Positions 55,321-64,000 of a DNA stretch of 64,000 bases are shown in pieces. The stretch spans positions 7,104,001 to 7,168,000 of the forward strand of contig JASGJH010000001.1 of assembly GCA_047601445.1 (NCBI GenBank), written 5' to 3'. Each line of letters begins with the position of its first letter. Position 1 is the first letter of the stretch. Under the pieces are notes generated by a model. It worked only from the letters and a program-made list of their open reading frames with translations. It was not told where the DNA came from and did not search any database. The position numbers and the translations under genes are program-made. Source of the stretch: Myxococcales bacterium (GTDB lineage: Bacteria; Myxococcota_A; Polyangia; Polyangiales; DASUME01).

Positions 55321-56718
55321 ATGGGACACGTTCGATGGCAAAATGCGCTGACGCGCGCGACGCGCGGGCTCGTTCCGTTCGCGCTGGGGATGACGCTGGC
55401 GTGCAGTGATGCGCCGGCCGTGAACCACACCCATGATCGACAACCTGTCGACGAGGGCGACGGCGACGACGAGGGGGATGGAGATCAGGGCGACGGCGAC
55501 GTCTCTGCGCCCGACGACGACGGCCCTTCGCCATCACTCGATGCGGGCAATGAAGATGGAGATGGCCCCGCGGACGCGACGATTCCAGCCGACGCAGCGA
55601 TACCGGGTCCCAAGACGCTGCAGGGATGCGAGGGCGAGAGCTTGTACGAAGTCCCGGCTGATACGACCGTCACGGGTCCGTGGCCCGTGGGCGTGAAGAC
55701 CGTGAAGTTGCCGCTGAGCCAGGCACCCAATCAACTCACGGTGGAGATTTGGTATCCCGCCCAGCGTGGCAGTGAGGGCAACAAGCCGCGCAAGCAGTAC
55801 GACATGCGCGAATTCCTCAAGGCGAGTCAGCGCGCCAAGGTGCCGGACGCCGATGCCACCTCGGACGTGTTGCTCTGCCGTTGCAGCGAGGGGCTGCCGC
55901 TCGACGATGCGCACGGGCCCTATCCCGTGGTGTTCTACATCCACGGCACGGCCGCCATGCGCATCGCATCGCTTTCGCAGATGACCCACTGGGCAAGCCG
56001 CGGCTTCGTGGTGGTGGCGGCCGATCATCCAGGCATGTACCTCGCCGACATGCTCTACGCTGCGCCGCTCGTGAACCCGCAGTGCTGGCAAGACAGCCGC
56101 GATCCGCAGGACGTTCCGCGCGATATCGATCTGATGCTGAAGGCGCTGAAGGAGGTCCAGGGCGAGCTCGCGTTCTTGTCCGGGCACATCGATCTCGAGC
56201 GCGTGGGCATGACGGGACACAGCCAGGGCGCTGGCATCGCGGCCGACATGGGCGTCAAACCGGGTGTGCGTATCTCGATTCCGCTGGCCGGCCGCAAGCC
56301 GGTGGTGAAGGGACCTGACCTGGCGTCAGTGTTGTATTTCGGAGGCGAGATCGATTCGTTGGTCACCGCGGACGCGCAGCGCCAGGGCTACCAGGACTCG
56401 CCGTCACCCAAGCGCCAGGTGTTGGTGGCCAATGCGGAGCACCTGTTCGTGACGGACCTGTGCGGGGGCAAGAACAAGGACGGGCTCGACGCCATGCAGG
56501 TGGCCGAAAAGTACGGCGTGTGCGGCATCGGCGCGGCAGGCCTGCTCTGGAAGTGCAGCCCCGACTACATCCCGCAGGCCAAGGGCACCGAGATCACCAA
56601 CTACACGACCACGGCCGCGCTCGAGGAGACGCTGCATTGCTGGGATCGCAAGGATGCGTTCAAGAAGCTCGAGGGGCGCTACAGCGAGGTCAGCGAGTTC
56701 AACGAGGACCTCGAGTGA
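55321..56718 (+). CDS. Alpha/beta hydrolase lipoprotein (PAF-AH/chlorophyllase-like)
   Basis: Lipobox TLAC, acidic GDGD linker, 'VEIWYPA', 'ASRGFVVVAADH', 'GHSQG'. Confidence 0.85.
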   Translation: MGHVRWQNALTRATRGLVPFALGMTLACSDAPAVNHTHDRQPVDEGDGDDEGDGDQGDGDVSAPDDDGPSPSLDAGNEDGDGPADATIPADAAIPGPKTLQGCEGESLYEVPADTTVTGPWPVGVKTVKLPLSQAPNQLTVEIWYPAQRGSEGNKPRKQYDMREFLKASQRAKVPDADATSDVLLCRCSEGLPLDDAHGPYPVVFYIHGTAAMRIASLSQMTHWASRGFVVVAADHPGMYLADMLYAAPLVNPQCWQDSRDPQDVPRDIDLMLKALKEVQGELAFLSGHIDLERVGMTGHSQGAGIAADMGVKPGVRISIPLAGRKPVVKGPDLASVLYFGGEIDSLVTADAQRQGYQDSPSPKRQVLVANAEHLFVTDLCGGKNKDGLDAMQVAEKYGVCGIGAAGLLWKCSPDYIPQAKGTEITNYTTTAALEETLHCWDRKDAFKKLEGRYSEVSEFNEDLE

Positions 56719-56732
56719 TGGCCCGAGCCTGA

Positions 56733-57737
56733 TCACTCGAAGACGTAGGTGATGGTCTTGGGCCGACCGTCCCGCATGACCGAGAGCGAGACCGTCTTCT
56801 GCTCGCGCAACAGCGCATAGGCTCCGAGCATGCCATCGGGCGTGGAGAGGTTGACGCCGTTCAGAGTGCGCAGCACGTCGCCATCTCGCATGCCCAGCTT
56901 GTGCAGCGTGGACGTGGCAGCGACGCCCGCCAACTTGACCCCGGCATTGCGCTCACCACCGCCTCCGACCTGCGGTTGGAACTTGGTACCGCGCACCACG
57001 CCGGCGGCGTCCGCCATGCCGCGCGTGATGATGTCGCGGGTGACGCGGTAGCGGTCGGGGCCGAGCTCGGTGATGCCCGCAGCCAGCTCGGCTTCGTTGA
57101 ACAGGGGCGCCTTCTTGCTCCGTTTGGCAGGTTCGGCTGCTGGCGCCGGCGTGGCGACGGCCACGGCCGGAGGTGGCGTAGTGGTGAGGTAGAGCGGCAG
57201 GCGGCAGGCCGCCGCGCCCGCATCGCGCACATAGGCGTGGGTGGGGGCGAGCAACAGCAGCTTCACGCCGTCTACGTCGGTGCCCATTAGGACTTGCTTG
57301 GCGGGGGTGGCGCCCTTGCGGATCACGGCGAAGGAGCGTGCGGGATCCTCGTGCATGATGATGGCCATCAGGCGCAGGTCGTTCTTGCAGTCGGTGAGCG
57401 GCGTTTGCACCGGCTCGCTCGAGCCCTGTTCCTCGCCCTCATCGACCGCCGGATCCATCTCCAGGGGGCGGTCGAGCCAGGGCACGCTGCCGACCGTGGA
57501 GTCGAAGATGTTGCGGCTCAGGACGGAGCGGCTGATCTCCTCCGTGCTCAGGCGCGGCGCGGACGTTGCGACGGACGCCTGCTTGCTCTTCTTGGGGGCC
57601 GCATCGTCCGGCTGAAGCGGAGTGGCGTCGAGATAAGCCAGGCCCTGGGTCACGAAGACGCCGGATACCAGCACTGAGCCCACCGAAGACAACAGTGGGA
57701 CCGGCTTGACCTTGGCGAGCTTAGTGGGCCACTTCAT
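56733..57737 (-). CDS. Type II secretion GspC-like protein with PDZ domain
   Basis: N-terminal TM, 'SRNIFDS', C-terminal PDZ 'LGMRDGDVLRTLNG'. Confidence 0.8.
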   Translation of the reverse strand: MKWPTKLAKVKPVPLLSSVGSVLVSGVFVTQGLAYLDATPLQPDDAAPKKSKQASVATSAPRLSTEEISRSVLSRNIFDSTVGSVPWLDRPLEMDPAVDEGEEQGSSEPVQTPLTDCKNDLRLMAIIMHEDPARSFAVIRKGATPAKQVLMGTDVDGVKLLLLAPTHAYVRDAGAAACRLPLYLTTTPPPAVAVATPAPAAEPAKRSKKAPLFNEAELAAGITELGPDRYRVTRDIITRGMADAAGVVRGTKFQPQVGGGGERNAGVKLAGVAATSTLHKLGMRDGDVLRTLNGVNLSTPDGMLGAYALLREQKTVSLSVMRDGRPKTITYVFE

Positions 57738-57799
57738 CGACCGACCTCGACTCTAGCAGCCCGGTACGACAGCGCACTCGAGGCATCTTTCGCGCGCGA

Positions 57800-58609
57800 T
57801 CATGTACACGACCACACTGTGATCCCTGCGACCAAGGCGGCGATCGACGTGGCCGCCAGGTTCACTACGTCGTTGTTGAACCAGCGGAAACCGCGCACAT
57901 GGCGCGTGGGGCGCCCGCAACGATGGGTCGAGCCCTCGGCATCGCGGGCGCAGGTATCGCAGTGAAAGCCACTCTGCAGGCTCGCTCCCAGCACGCTGTC
58001 GACCAGGGACCCCAGCACGCCGCCCAGGCTGCCCAGGCCCACCAACCAAGCGACCGAGACGCCGAAGGCCTGTGCGTTCAGCGCGGCCACACCGCCGATC
58101 ACGGCGCCTCCCAAGAAGGTGGCGAGCAGGCCCAACGGTGAGACAGCGCCCGAGGTGCCCCGCGGGACGCGCCGCAGCTGCAGCAGCGAGATGGGTTCGG
58201 CGCGGGACAACACGCCGAGCTCGGTGGCCCAGGTGTCTCCGTTGGCGGTCGCCAGTGCCGCCACGAAGCCCGCCGCAAAAGCGGGGTGAGGTTGGAGCGC
58301 CATGCCCAGCGCGCACAGGGCCGCAGCACCGCCGTTGGAGAGCGCCTGCAGCGCGTCGCGGGTATCGCCTTTCTCGAACTCGAGCTTGATGGTGGCCTTG
58401 CGGGCTTTGCCGACCTTGGCGAGCAAGGTCGAGGTCACGAAGAAGGTCACGAGGGCCGAGAACCAGCCGCCCCCGCCGCCCACGTAGATGCTGGTACCGA
58501 TGCCGAGCGCCGCGACGGCGCCGCTCTTCGAGAGCGACCCACGGCGCAGGGCAAACCCCCCGATGAGTGCGCTGCAACAGAGCCCGAGCGCGAGTCGAGT
58601 CAGCAGCAT
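57800..58609 (-). CDS. DUF92 (TMEM19) family membrane protein
   Basis: 'QALSNG', 'DTWATELG', 'GTSGAVS', 'DSVLGA', 'NDVVN'. Confidence 0.92.
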   Translation of the reverse strand: MLLTRLALGLCCSALIGGFALRRGSLSKSGAVAALGIGTSIYVGGGGGWFSALVTFFVTSTLLAKVGKARKATIKLEFEKGDTRDALQALSNGGAAALCALGMALQPHPAFAAGFVAALATANGDTWATELGVLSRAEPISLLQLRRVPRGTSGAVSPLGLLATFLGGAVIGGVAALNAQAFGVSVAWLVGLGSLGGVLGSLVDSVLGASLQSGFHCDTCARDAEGSTHRCGRPTRHVRGFRWFNNDVVNLAATSIAALVAGITVWSCT

Positions 58610-58637
58610 GACCGGCGCCTCGTGATCGACGAGAGGG

Positions 58638-60581
58638 TCACGTGGGGTCCTCCCAAAAGGCGCGTACCTCGCTGAGCGAGTAGCAGCGGCTGGCCTCGGG
58701 TAGGCTCTTCAAGAACACGCGTCCGTAGCCCTTGCTGGAGAGCCGGCGATCCAGCACCGCCACGATGCCGCGATCACTCTGGGTGCGGATCAAGCGCCCG
58801 AAACCCTGCTTGAGCGAGAGCGCAGCCTGCGGCACCAGATAGCCCATGAACGCGTTCTCACCGCGCTCTTCCATCAACTTGCAGCGCGCCTCCACCAGGG
58901 GATCGGTGGGAACGTCGAATGGGAGCTTGTCGATCACCACGAGCCGCAGCGCCGAGCCGGGGACGTCCACGCCCTCCCAGAAGCTGGCGCTCGCGAACAG
59001 CACCGCATCGCCCTGTGCCTTGAAGGTGTCGAGCAGCTCGGTCTTGGGCGCCATGCCCTGCACCAGGGGAGGGCGGTGCAGCTTGGGCGCGCAGGCCGCG
59101 TGCAGCTCGCGCATCATGCGCAGCGACGTGCACAGCACGAAGGCGCCGCCGCCGGTGAGCTCGATCAAGTCGAGGATCTCCTTGGTGGCCGCCTCCAAGA
59201 AGCGTGGGTCGCGCGGCTCGGGGATCTCGCGTGGGATGTAGAGCGCGGCTTGCATGCCGTAGTCGAAGGGGGAGGGCAGGCTGAGCTCGTCGACCTCGAA
59301 GTCGATGCCGATGCGGCGCTTGACGAAGCTGAAGTCGCCCGCGGTACTCAGCGTGGCGCTCGTGAGCACGGCCGCGCCGCCGCGCTCGAAGATGCGCTCA
59401 CGCAAGAGCTCGCCCACCTCGACCGGACTCGCTCCCACCGACGTACTGCGCCCGCGCGTCTCGGCCCATGTCACGTGGCGCTGCTTGCCCTCGAAGATCA
59501 CGTTGAGGTCGTCGCGCGCGCGCCGCGTGCGCCGGGCTACCTGGGCCACTGCCTCGCTCGCAGGAGCCGAGAGTTTGGCGTCGGTCTCCAGGGCTTCGAG
59601 CGCGGCATCCAGGCCGAAGACGTGCTCGCGCGCGTTGGCTGCCAGGCTCTGCACCGAGAGGGTCCTGCGACCCGCTTCGTTCTCGCGGCCGCGTGGGAGG
59701 CTGCTGAAGAACTGGCTCGCCGCGGTGAGCACCGCACGTCCCAGGGGTTCCTTGGACTCGAACAGTTTGGCGGCGCGAAAGGCGCGCTCGGCGTCGCGCA
59801 CCAGGGTCTCGATGCGGGCCGTACTCAAGCGCACGCCGAAGAACTCCGTGACCACGTCTTCGATCTGGTGCGCCTCGTCGAAGATCACCGCGTCGTAGTC
59901 CGGGATGGCGCCGCCGCCCTGCGGTGCGTCGCGTAGTGCGAGGTCGGCGAAGAACAGGTGGTGATTGACCACGATGATCTGCGCCTCCTCCGCGGCCCTT
60001 CGCATCTTGGTGACGAAGCAGCGATCGAAGTGGCCGCAGCGCTGTCCGATTCGCGTTTCGGAGCTGCTGTGTACCTGGCCCCAGATGGGCGCGTCTTCGG
60101 GCACGGAGTTGAAGTCGGAGCGCTCGCCGCTGTGGCTGCCGGCGCGAAACTCGCGCAACAGCGGCAGATGTTTGGCGAACTGCGGCAGGTCGGCCTCGGG
60201 GCTGTGGACGAACTCCTCGTAACGACGCAGGCACAGGTAGTTGTTGAGCCCCTTCATCAGGGCCGCGTTCACGGGGATTCCCAGGTAACTCTCGAGCAAG
60301 GGCAGATCCCGCTGCATGATCTGGTCCTGCAAGGTCTTGGTGCCCGTGGAGATCACCACGCGCTTGCCCGACAACAGCGCGGGTACGAGGTAGGCCAGCG
60401 TCTTCCCGGTGCCCGTGCCCGCTTCGACCAGGGCGATGCCCCCTTCGCTGAGCGCGTGCTCCACGGTTTCCGCCATCTCGAGCTGCTGCGGACGGTGCTC
60501 GTAGCCCTCGATGGCTCGCGCCAAAGGACCGTTGGGGCCGAGCAAATCCACTGCACGCATCGCCGCGCGGTCTAGCACCAA
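58638..60581 (-). CDS. DinG/YoaA family ATP-dependent DNA helicase
   Basis: 'EAGTGTGKT', 'DEAH', 'SFWEGVDV', 'QGFGRLIR', Cys residues at Fe-S region. Confidence 0.95.
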   Translation of the reverse strand: MVLDRAAMRAVDLLGPNGPLARAIEGYEHRPQQLEMAETVEHALSEGGIALVEAGTGTGKTLAYLVPALLSGKRVVISTGTKTLQDQIMQRDLPLLESYLGIPVNAALMKGLNNYLCLRRYEEFVHSPEADLPQFAKHLPLLREFRAGSHSGERSDFNSVPEDAPIWGQVHSSSETRIGQRCGHFDRCFVTKMRRAAEEAQIIVVNHHLFFADLALRDAPQGGGAIPDYDAVIFDEAHQIEDVVTEFFGVRLSTARIETLVRDAERAFRAAKLFESKEPLGRAVLTAASQFFSSLPRGRENEAGRRTLSVQSLAANAREHVFGLDAALEALETDAKLSAPASEAVAQVARRTRRARDDLNVIFEGKQRHVTWAETRGRSTSVGASPVEVGELLRERIFERGGAAVLTSATLSTAGDFSFVKRRIGIDFEVDELSLPSPFDYGMQAALYIPREIPEPRDPRFLEAATKEILDLIELTGGGAFVLCTSLRMMRELHAACAPKLHRPPLVQGMAPKTELLDTFKAQGDAVLFASASFWEGVDVPGSALRLVVIDKLPFDVPTDPLVEARCKLMEERGENAFMGYLVPQAALSLKQGFGRLIRTQSDRGIVAVLDRRLSSKGYGRVFLKSLPEASRCYSLSEVRAFWEDPT

Positions 60582-60677
60582 ATGGCGGGCTCTGCGGGCC
60601 CCCAGCGGGGCGCCTCAGCGCACGCGTCGGCAGGCCCGGGCCCTGCGTGGGCAGGGCGCCTGTGGTAGGCCCAGCAC

Positions 60678-61376
60678 GTGCTTCCGTTGCGCGACATCAA
60701 CCCCACACGGCGCGCCCCCGTCGTGACCTACCTCTTGATCGCCGCGAACCTCGGAGTGTTCATCTACGAGTTCCTGGTGCTCACGCCGGCGCAAGGCGAG
60801 CGCTTCGTGCTGCAGCATGCCGTGGTGCCCGACTATCTGTTCTCGGGCTACGGACCTAGCCTGTCCACGGTGTTCACCAGCATGTTCATGCACGGCGGCA
60901 TCGGACATCTCGCGTCGAACATGTGGTTTTTGCACGTCTTCGGGGACAACGTCGAAGACATCCTCGGCCACGGGCGCTACCTCTTCTTCTACCTGCTGAC
61001 GGGGGTGATCTCGGCGGTGGCCCACGGCCTCATCGATCCCTCGAGTCACGTCCCCCTGGTGGGCGCTTCGGGCGCCATCTCAGGCGTGCTCGGTGCCTAC
61101 ATCGTGATGTTTCCGCGCGCGCGTGTGGTGACCTTGGTGATCCTCTTCTTGTTCGAGGTTCCGGCCTTCTTCTTCATCTTGTTCTGGTTCGCGATCCAGG
61201 TGTTCTCGGGCTTCGGCGCGCTGGCTGCGCCGACCCAGGCCGGCGTGGCCTTCTTCGCCCACGTCGGAGGCTTCTTGGCTGGCGTCTCCTACGTGGTCAT
61301 CACGGGCGCGCGCAACCGACAGCCGGCACCCTACCTGGGCCCCCGGCTCTCGACTCGGGCCTTGAAGCGGCGTTAA
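60678..61376 (+). CDS. Rhomboid family intramembrane serine protease
   Basis: 'SMFMHGG..HLASNM', 'GASGAISG', 'AHVGG'. Confidence 0.93.
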   Translation: MLPLRDINPTRRAPVVTYLLIAANLGVFIYEFLVLTPAQGERFVLQHAVVPDYLFSGYGPSLSTVFTSMFMHGGIGHLASNMWFLHVFGDNVEDILGHGRYLFFYLLTGVISAVAHGLIDPSSHVPLVGASGAISGVLGAYIVMFPRARVVTLVILFLFEVPAFFFILFWFAIQVFSGFGALAAPTQAGVAFFAHVGGFLAGVSYVVITGARNRQPAPYLGPRLSTRALKRR

Positions 61377-61381
61377 ACAGT

Positions 61382-61407
61382 GCGGGGAGGTCACGCGACC
61401 TCCCCGC
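61382..61407. repeat. 11-bp perfect hairpin / dispersed element at convergent junction
   Basis: GCGGGGAGGTC-ACGC-GACCTCCCCGC. Confidence 0.7.
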
Positions 61408-61446
61408 CAAGCTTCGCTGCGCTCGCGAAGAGCGCCTCGCGCTAGC

Positions 61447-63339
61447 TCAACCGAATGGGTTGTCAGGGACTTCTGGCTTGGGCTCGGGCTTGGGCTCGGC
61501 CTTGGGCGGTTCGGGCTTGGGCTCGTCGACCTTGGGCGCGGGGGCGGGCTCGGGCTTGGGCTCCTCGGCCTTGGGGGCCGGGGCGGGCTCGGGCTTGGGC
61601 TCCTCGGGCTTGGCTTCCGCCGGCGCCGGCGCTTCACCAGCAGGCGCAGCTTCGGGCTTGGGCTTGGCCACCGCGGCGGGCTTGGGCTTGGCGGGAGCCG
61701 GAGCCACCGGCTTCGGAGCCACGGGCGCTGCTGGAGTCGGCGCGACCACGGGCTTCTCCGGCACGGCCTCGAGCGTGAGCTGGACCGAGCCGCGCATGGC
61801 GTCTTCGGTCTGCGTGAATGCGTCGAGCGCGACCGTGGCGTCGGCGTTTTGGTAGCCGGCTAGCTTGGCGCTCGCCTTGAGGGCGGTCTTGGGCGGAACG
61901 GGGAAGCTGAGGTCCACCGGCGACACGCCGCGCTTGCCACCAGCGATGACCGTGGCGCCCGGAGGCGTGGTCTCCACATGCAGCACGAAGGGCAGCACCT
62001 TGAGCGCGAAGCGCACCGTCTTCGCGGCCTCGGGCGTGAGCTCCTGCGAAGCGGTCGCGTAGGTGGCCAGGCCCGCGCTGATGGTCACGGGCTTGCCCTT
62101 CTCGAGGTCCAGCACCACCGGCGCGACTCCCTTGGCCACGCCCCCCACCGAAACCTCGGCGCCGGGCGGTTGGGTGGAGACGCGAATGGCCACGGTTTCG
62201 ACGGGAGCCGCGGGCTCCGCAACGACCTCGGGTGCGGGCTCAGGCGTGGGCTCCGCGGGTGCCGGCGTGGGCTCGGCGGGCGGCGGTTCGGGCGCGGGGG
62301 CCGGCTGCGCCGCGGGTTCGGCGGCCTTGGGGGGCTCGACCGCACTGGCCGGGGTCTCCGTGTTGGCCTCGGGACCTCCGCGCATGGCCACGAATGCCGC
62401 CACGCCGAGCACGGCGGCGATGGCGAGGATGGGCAGCAGCGGGCTCCTCTTCTCGGTCCCGGGCGGCGGCGGAGGCAGCGACGACTCCACGCGCATGACC
62501 GGCGAAGGCAGCGGCGCGGCCGGAGCGACTGGCGGCAACGCCACCTTGGCGGGCGGGGGCAGCGAAGGCTTCTTCGCGTCTGCCGTGGGGCTGGGGTCTT
62601 CGGGCGCCTTCACCTCGCCGGCAGCCGGTCGGTCCGACCTGCGCGCGGGCGGCACGCTCAGACCCGGGTCGATGATCATCGAGGGCAATGCCTCGGCGCT
62701 CTTGCGCTGCTGCTGCTCGGCTTCCGCCACGCGCTGCGCTTCGATCTGCTTGGTGCGTACGCGCGCTTCTTCGGCCTTCTGCTCGGCCTCGCGCGCGGCT
62801 GCCTCGTCGCTCACTTCGGAGAACGCGGCGGCCAAGAATTCAGCGGCCTGGCGCACCGCCGTGCGGTCTTCGGGCGGCGGCAATTCTGCGGGGCCTGCGT
62901 CGGGGAAGAAGCCTCCGCCATCGCTCGAAGCTGCGCCCGGAGGCGGCGTCACGCTGTCGACGCTGACGTTCTCGCGCCCTTCTTCGTAGGCACCTGCGGA
63001 CCCTTCGGAGGCGGCGATGATGCGATCCACCATCACGCGGCTCTCGTTGTCCATCTTGATGAACTTGATGCCCATGCCGGCCGGGCGATCGGGTCCCGCG
63101 CGGTCTTCGCTGCGCGTCCACACCACGCGTCCCACGCCCTTGATCAGCTGCGACTCGTCCTTGAGCTGGAACTGGAACTTCAGCAGCGTGCCCACGGGCA
63201 TGGGCTGGCTCGACTTGATGAAGATGCCGCCTCGCGAGACATCCTTGCAATAGTGCTCGATGAACTCGTCCACCGTCGCACTCTTGAAGCGGACCTTCAG
63301 GGAAACTGGAGCGCGCTTGTCTTTGCGCGTGTCGGACAT
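61447..63339 (-). CDS. TIGR02266-type PilZ membrane protein with PEGA domains and Pro-rich tail
   Basis: 'RKDKR', 'DVSRGGIFI', 'GRVVW..GMGIKF', TM, 'STQPPGAEV', EPKPEPAPAPK repeats. Confidence 0.88.
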   Translation of the reverse strand: MSDTRKDKRAPVSLKVRFKSATVDEFIEHYCKDVSRGGIFIKSSQPMPVGTLLKFQFQLKDESQLIKGVGRVVWTRSEDRAGPDRPAGMGIKFIKMDNESRVMVDRIIAASEGSAGAYEEGRENVSVDSVTPPPGAASSDGGGFFPDAGPAELPPPEDRTAVRQAAEFLAAAFSEVSDEAAAREAEQKAEEARVRTKQIEAQRVAEAEQQQRKSAEALPSMIIDPGLSVPPARRSDRPAAGEVKAPEDPSPTADAKKPSLPPPAKVALPPVAPAAPLPSPVMRVESSLPPPPPGTEKRSPLLPILAIAAVLGVAAFVAMRGGPEANTETPASAVEPPKAAEPAAQPAPAPEPPPAEPTPAPAEPTPEPAPEVVAEPAAPVETVAIRVSTQPPGAEVSVGGVAKGVAPVVLDLEKGKPVTISAGLATYATASQELTPEAAKTVRFALKVLPFVLHVETTPPGATVIAGGKRGVSPVDLSFPVPPKTALKASAKLAGYQNADATVALDAFTQTEDAMRGSVQLTLEAVPEKPVVAPTPAAPVAPKPVAPAPAKPKPAAVAKPKPEAAPAGEAPAPAEAKPEEPKPEPAPAPKAEEPKPEPAPAPKVDEPKPEPPKAEPKPEPKPEVPDNPFG

Positions 63340-63426
63340 TCGGGATCCTCCGAAACCGCTGGGCGAGCGTCGTCCACCGCCAAGCCCACGTATCGTAACG
63401 GATCTTTTTGAATCAAAACCAGAATC

Positions 63427-63999
63427 TCATGGATCGATGGGGGGGAAGGCCCGGAGAGTCCGCGCTAGCCCATGCTCGGACACGAGCTCGACGCGTACCG
63501 TGGCCCGGACGGGGGCGGTCCCCACGTGCTCGCCAATCACGAAACCACGGGTGCCCCGCGCATCCGAGTGCGTAATTGCCGCGTCGCACGCGAGGAAACC
63601 GTGGCGTCGCAGCGATTCGACGTAACCCAGCAGAAAGCTCGAGCGCCCCTCGAGCGGCGCTCGTGGGCTCTCGAAGGCGAGACTCGCACGGGCCGTTTGC
63701 CGCATCCGCGCACACCCTCCCACTGCACTCACGGCCAGGCACGCGATCTCGTCGGCGGGCAGATCGGGCGCGAGTTCGGTGCACAGACCCCCCTGCGCTG
63801 GTGTGAGCTCGAGCCAGCCGGGGTTCGCGCGCGCAGGGGGACCTCCGAGCTGATCGAGCACCCGGGCGTAGCTCGGCGCGAGCTCGGGCCACACCTCGAG
63901 CAGGGGGGCCAGCGCGAAGCTGCGATGGACGAGCTCGGCGTGCGGCACCTGCAGTCGCGGCGTGTGCACCGGCCCCTCCGACCAGTGCAAAATGTCGAT
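63427..63999 (-). CDS. folK: HPPK (FolK) C-terminal part plus extra C-terminal domain; 5' end outside window
   Basis: 'IDILHW..LQVPHAELVHRSFALAPLLEV' matches the FolK DLDIL/LxxPH/RxFVLxPL motifs. Confidence 0.8.
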   Translation of the reverse strand: MDILHWSEGPVHTPRLQVPHAELVHRSFALAPLLEVWPELAPSYARVLDQLGGPPARANPGWLELTPAQGGLCTELAPDLPADEIACLAVSAVGGCARMRQTARASLAFESPRAPLEGRSSFLLGYVESLRRHGFLACDAAITHSDARGTRGFVIGEHVGTAPVRATVRVELVSEHGLARTLRAFPPIDP

Positions 64000-64000
64000 A

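Noticed and set aside
61455..61854. Gly/Ser/Ala-rich plus-strand ORF tail (60923-61855)
   Set aside because: Antisense reading of the EPKPEPAP repeats of the PilZ protein
1..64000. Prophage, IS, integron, defence island, tRNA/rRNA or biosynthetic gene cluster
   Set aside because: No integrase, transposase, phage structural, PKS/NRPS or structural-RNA signatures recognised by eye

Overview
GC-rich bacterial chromosome segment with myxobacterial hallmarks: a MYXO-CTERM-type protein, GDGD- and DAG-repeat lipoproteins, a TIGR02266-type PilZ protein, a DUF1552 protein and several sigma54-like promoters (probably Myxococcota; taxonomy is inferred). About 62 CDSs are supported, mostly accessory genes. 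They include two ECF sigma factors, a GGDEF cyclase, a hybrid kinase, GH15, WS/DGAT, egtB-egtD, TetR-EmrAB efflux, a TelA operon, DinG, a rhomboid protease and a partial folK. No rRNA, tRNA, CRISPR array, integrase or transposase was seen. The best candidate for a little-described system is a translationally coupled two-component pair (32040-33778) whose kinase carries an ungapped ETR1-type ethylene-binding domain with all seven residues known to be needed for ethylene binding. Other notable items: a 60-aa metallothionein-like gene, a divergent SleB-like hydrolase, a perfectly phased 38-unit heptamer array, two dispersed palindromic repeat families, a degenerate DnaQ/GIY-YIG fusion with an apparent frameshift, and RegR-like boxes at a cytochrome c/YcnI locus. 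Family calls come from recognising motifs by eye, not from database searches. Many start codons were adjusted from the ORF track using RBS and overlap cues.
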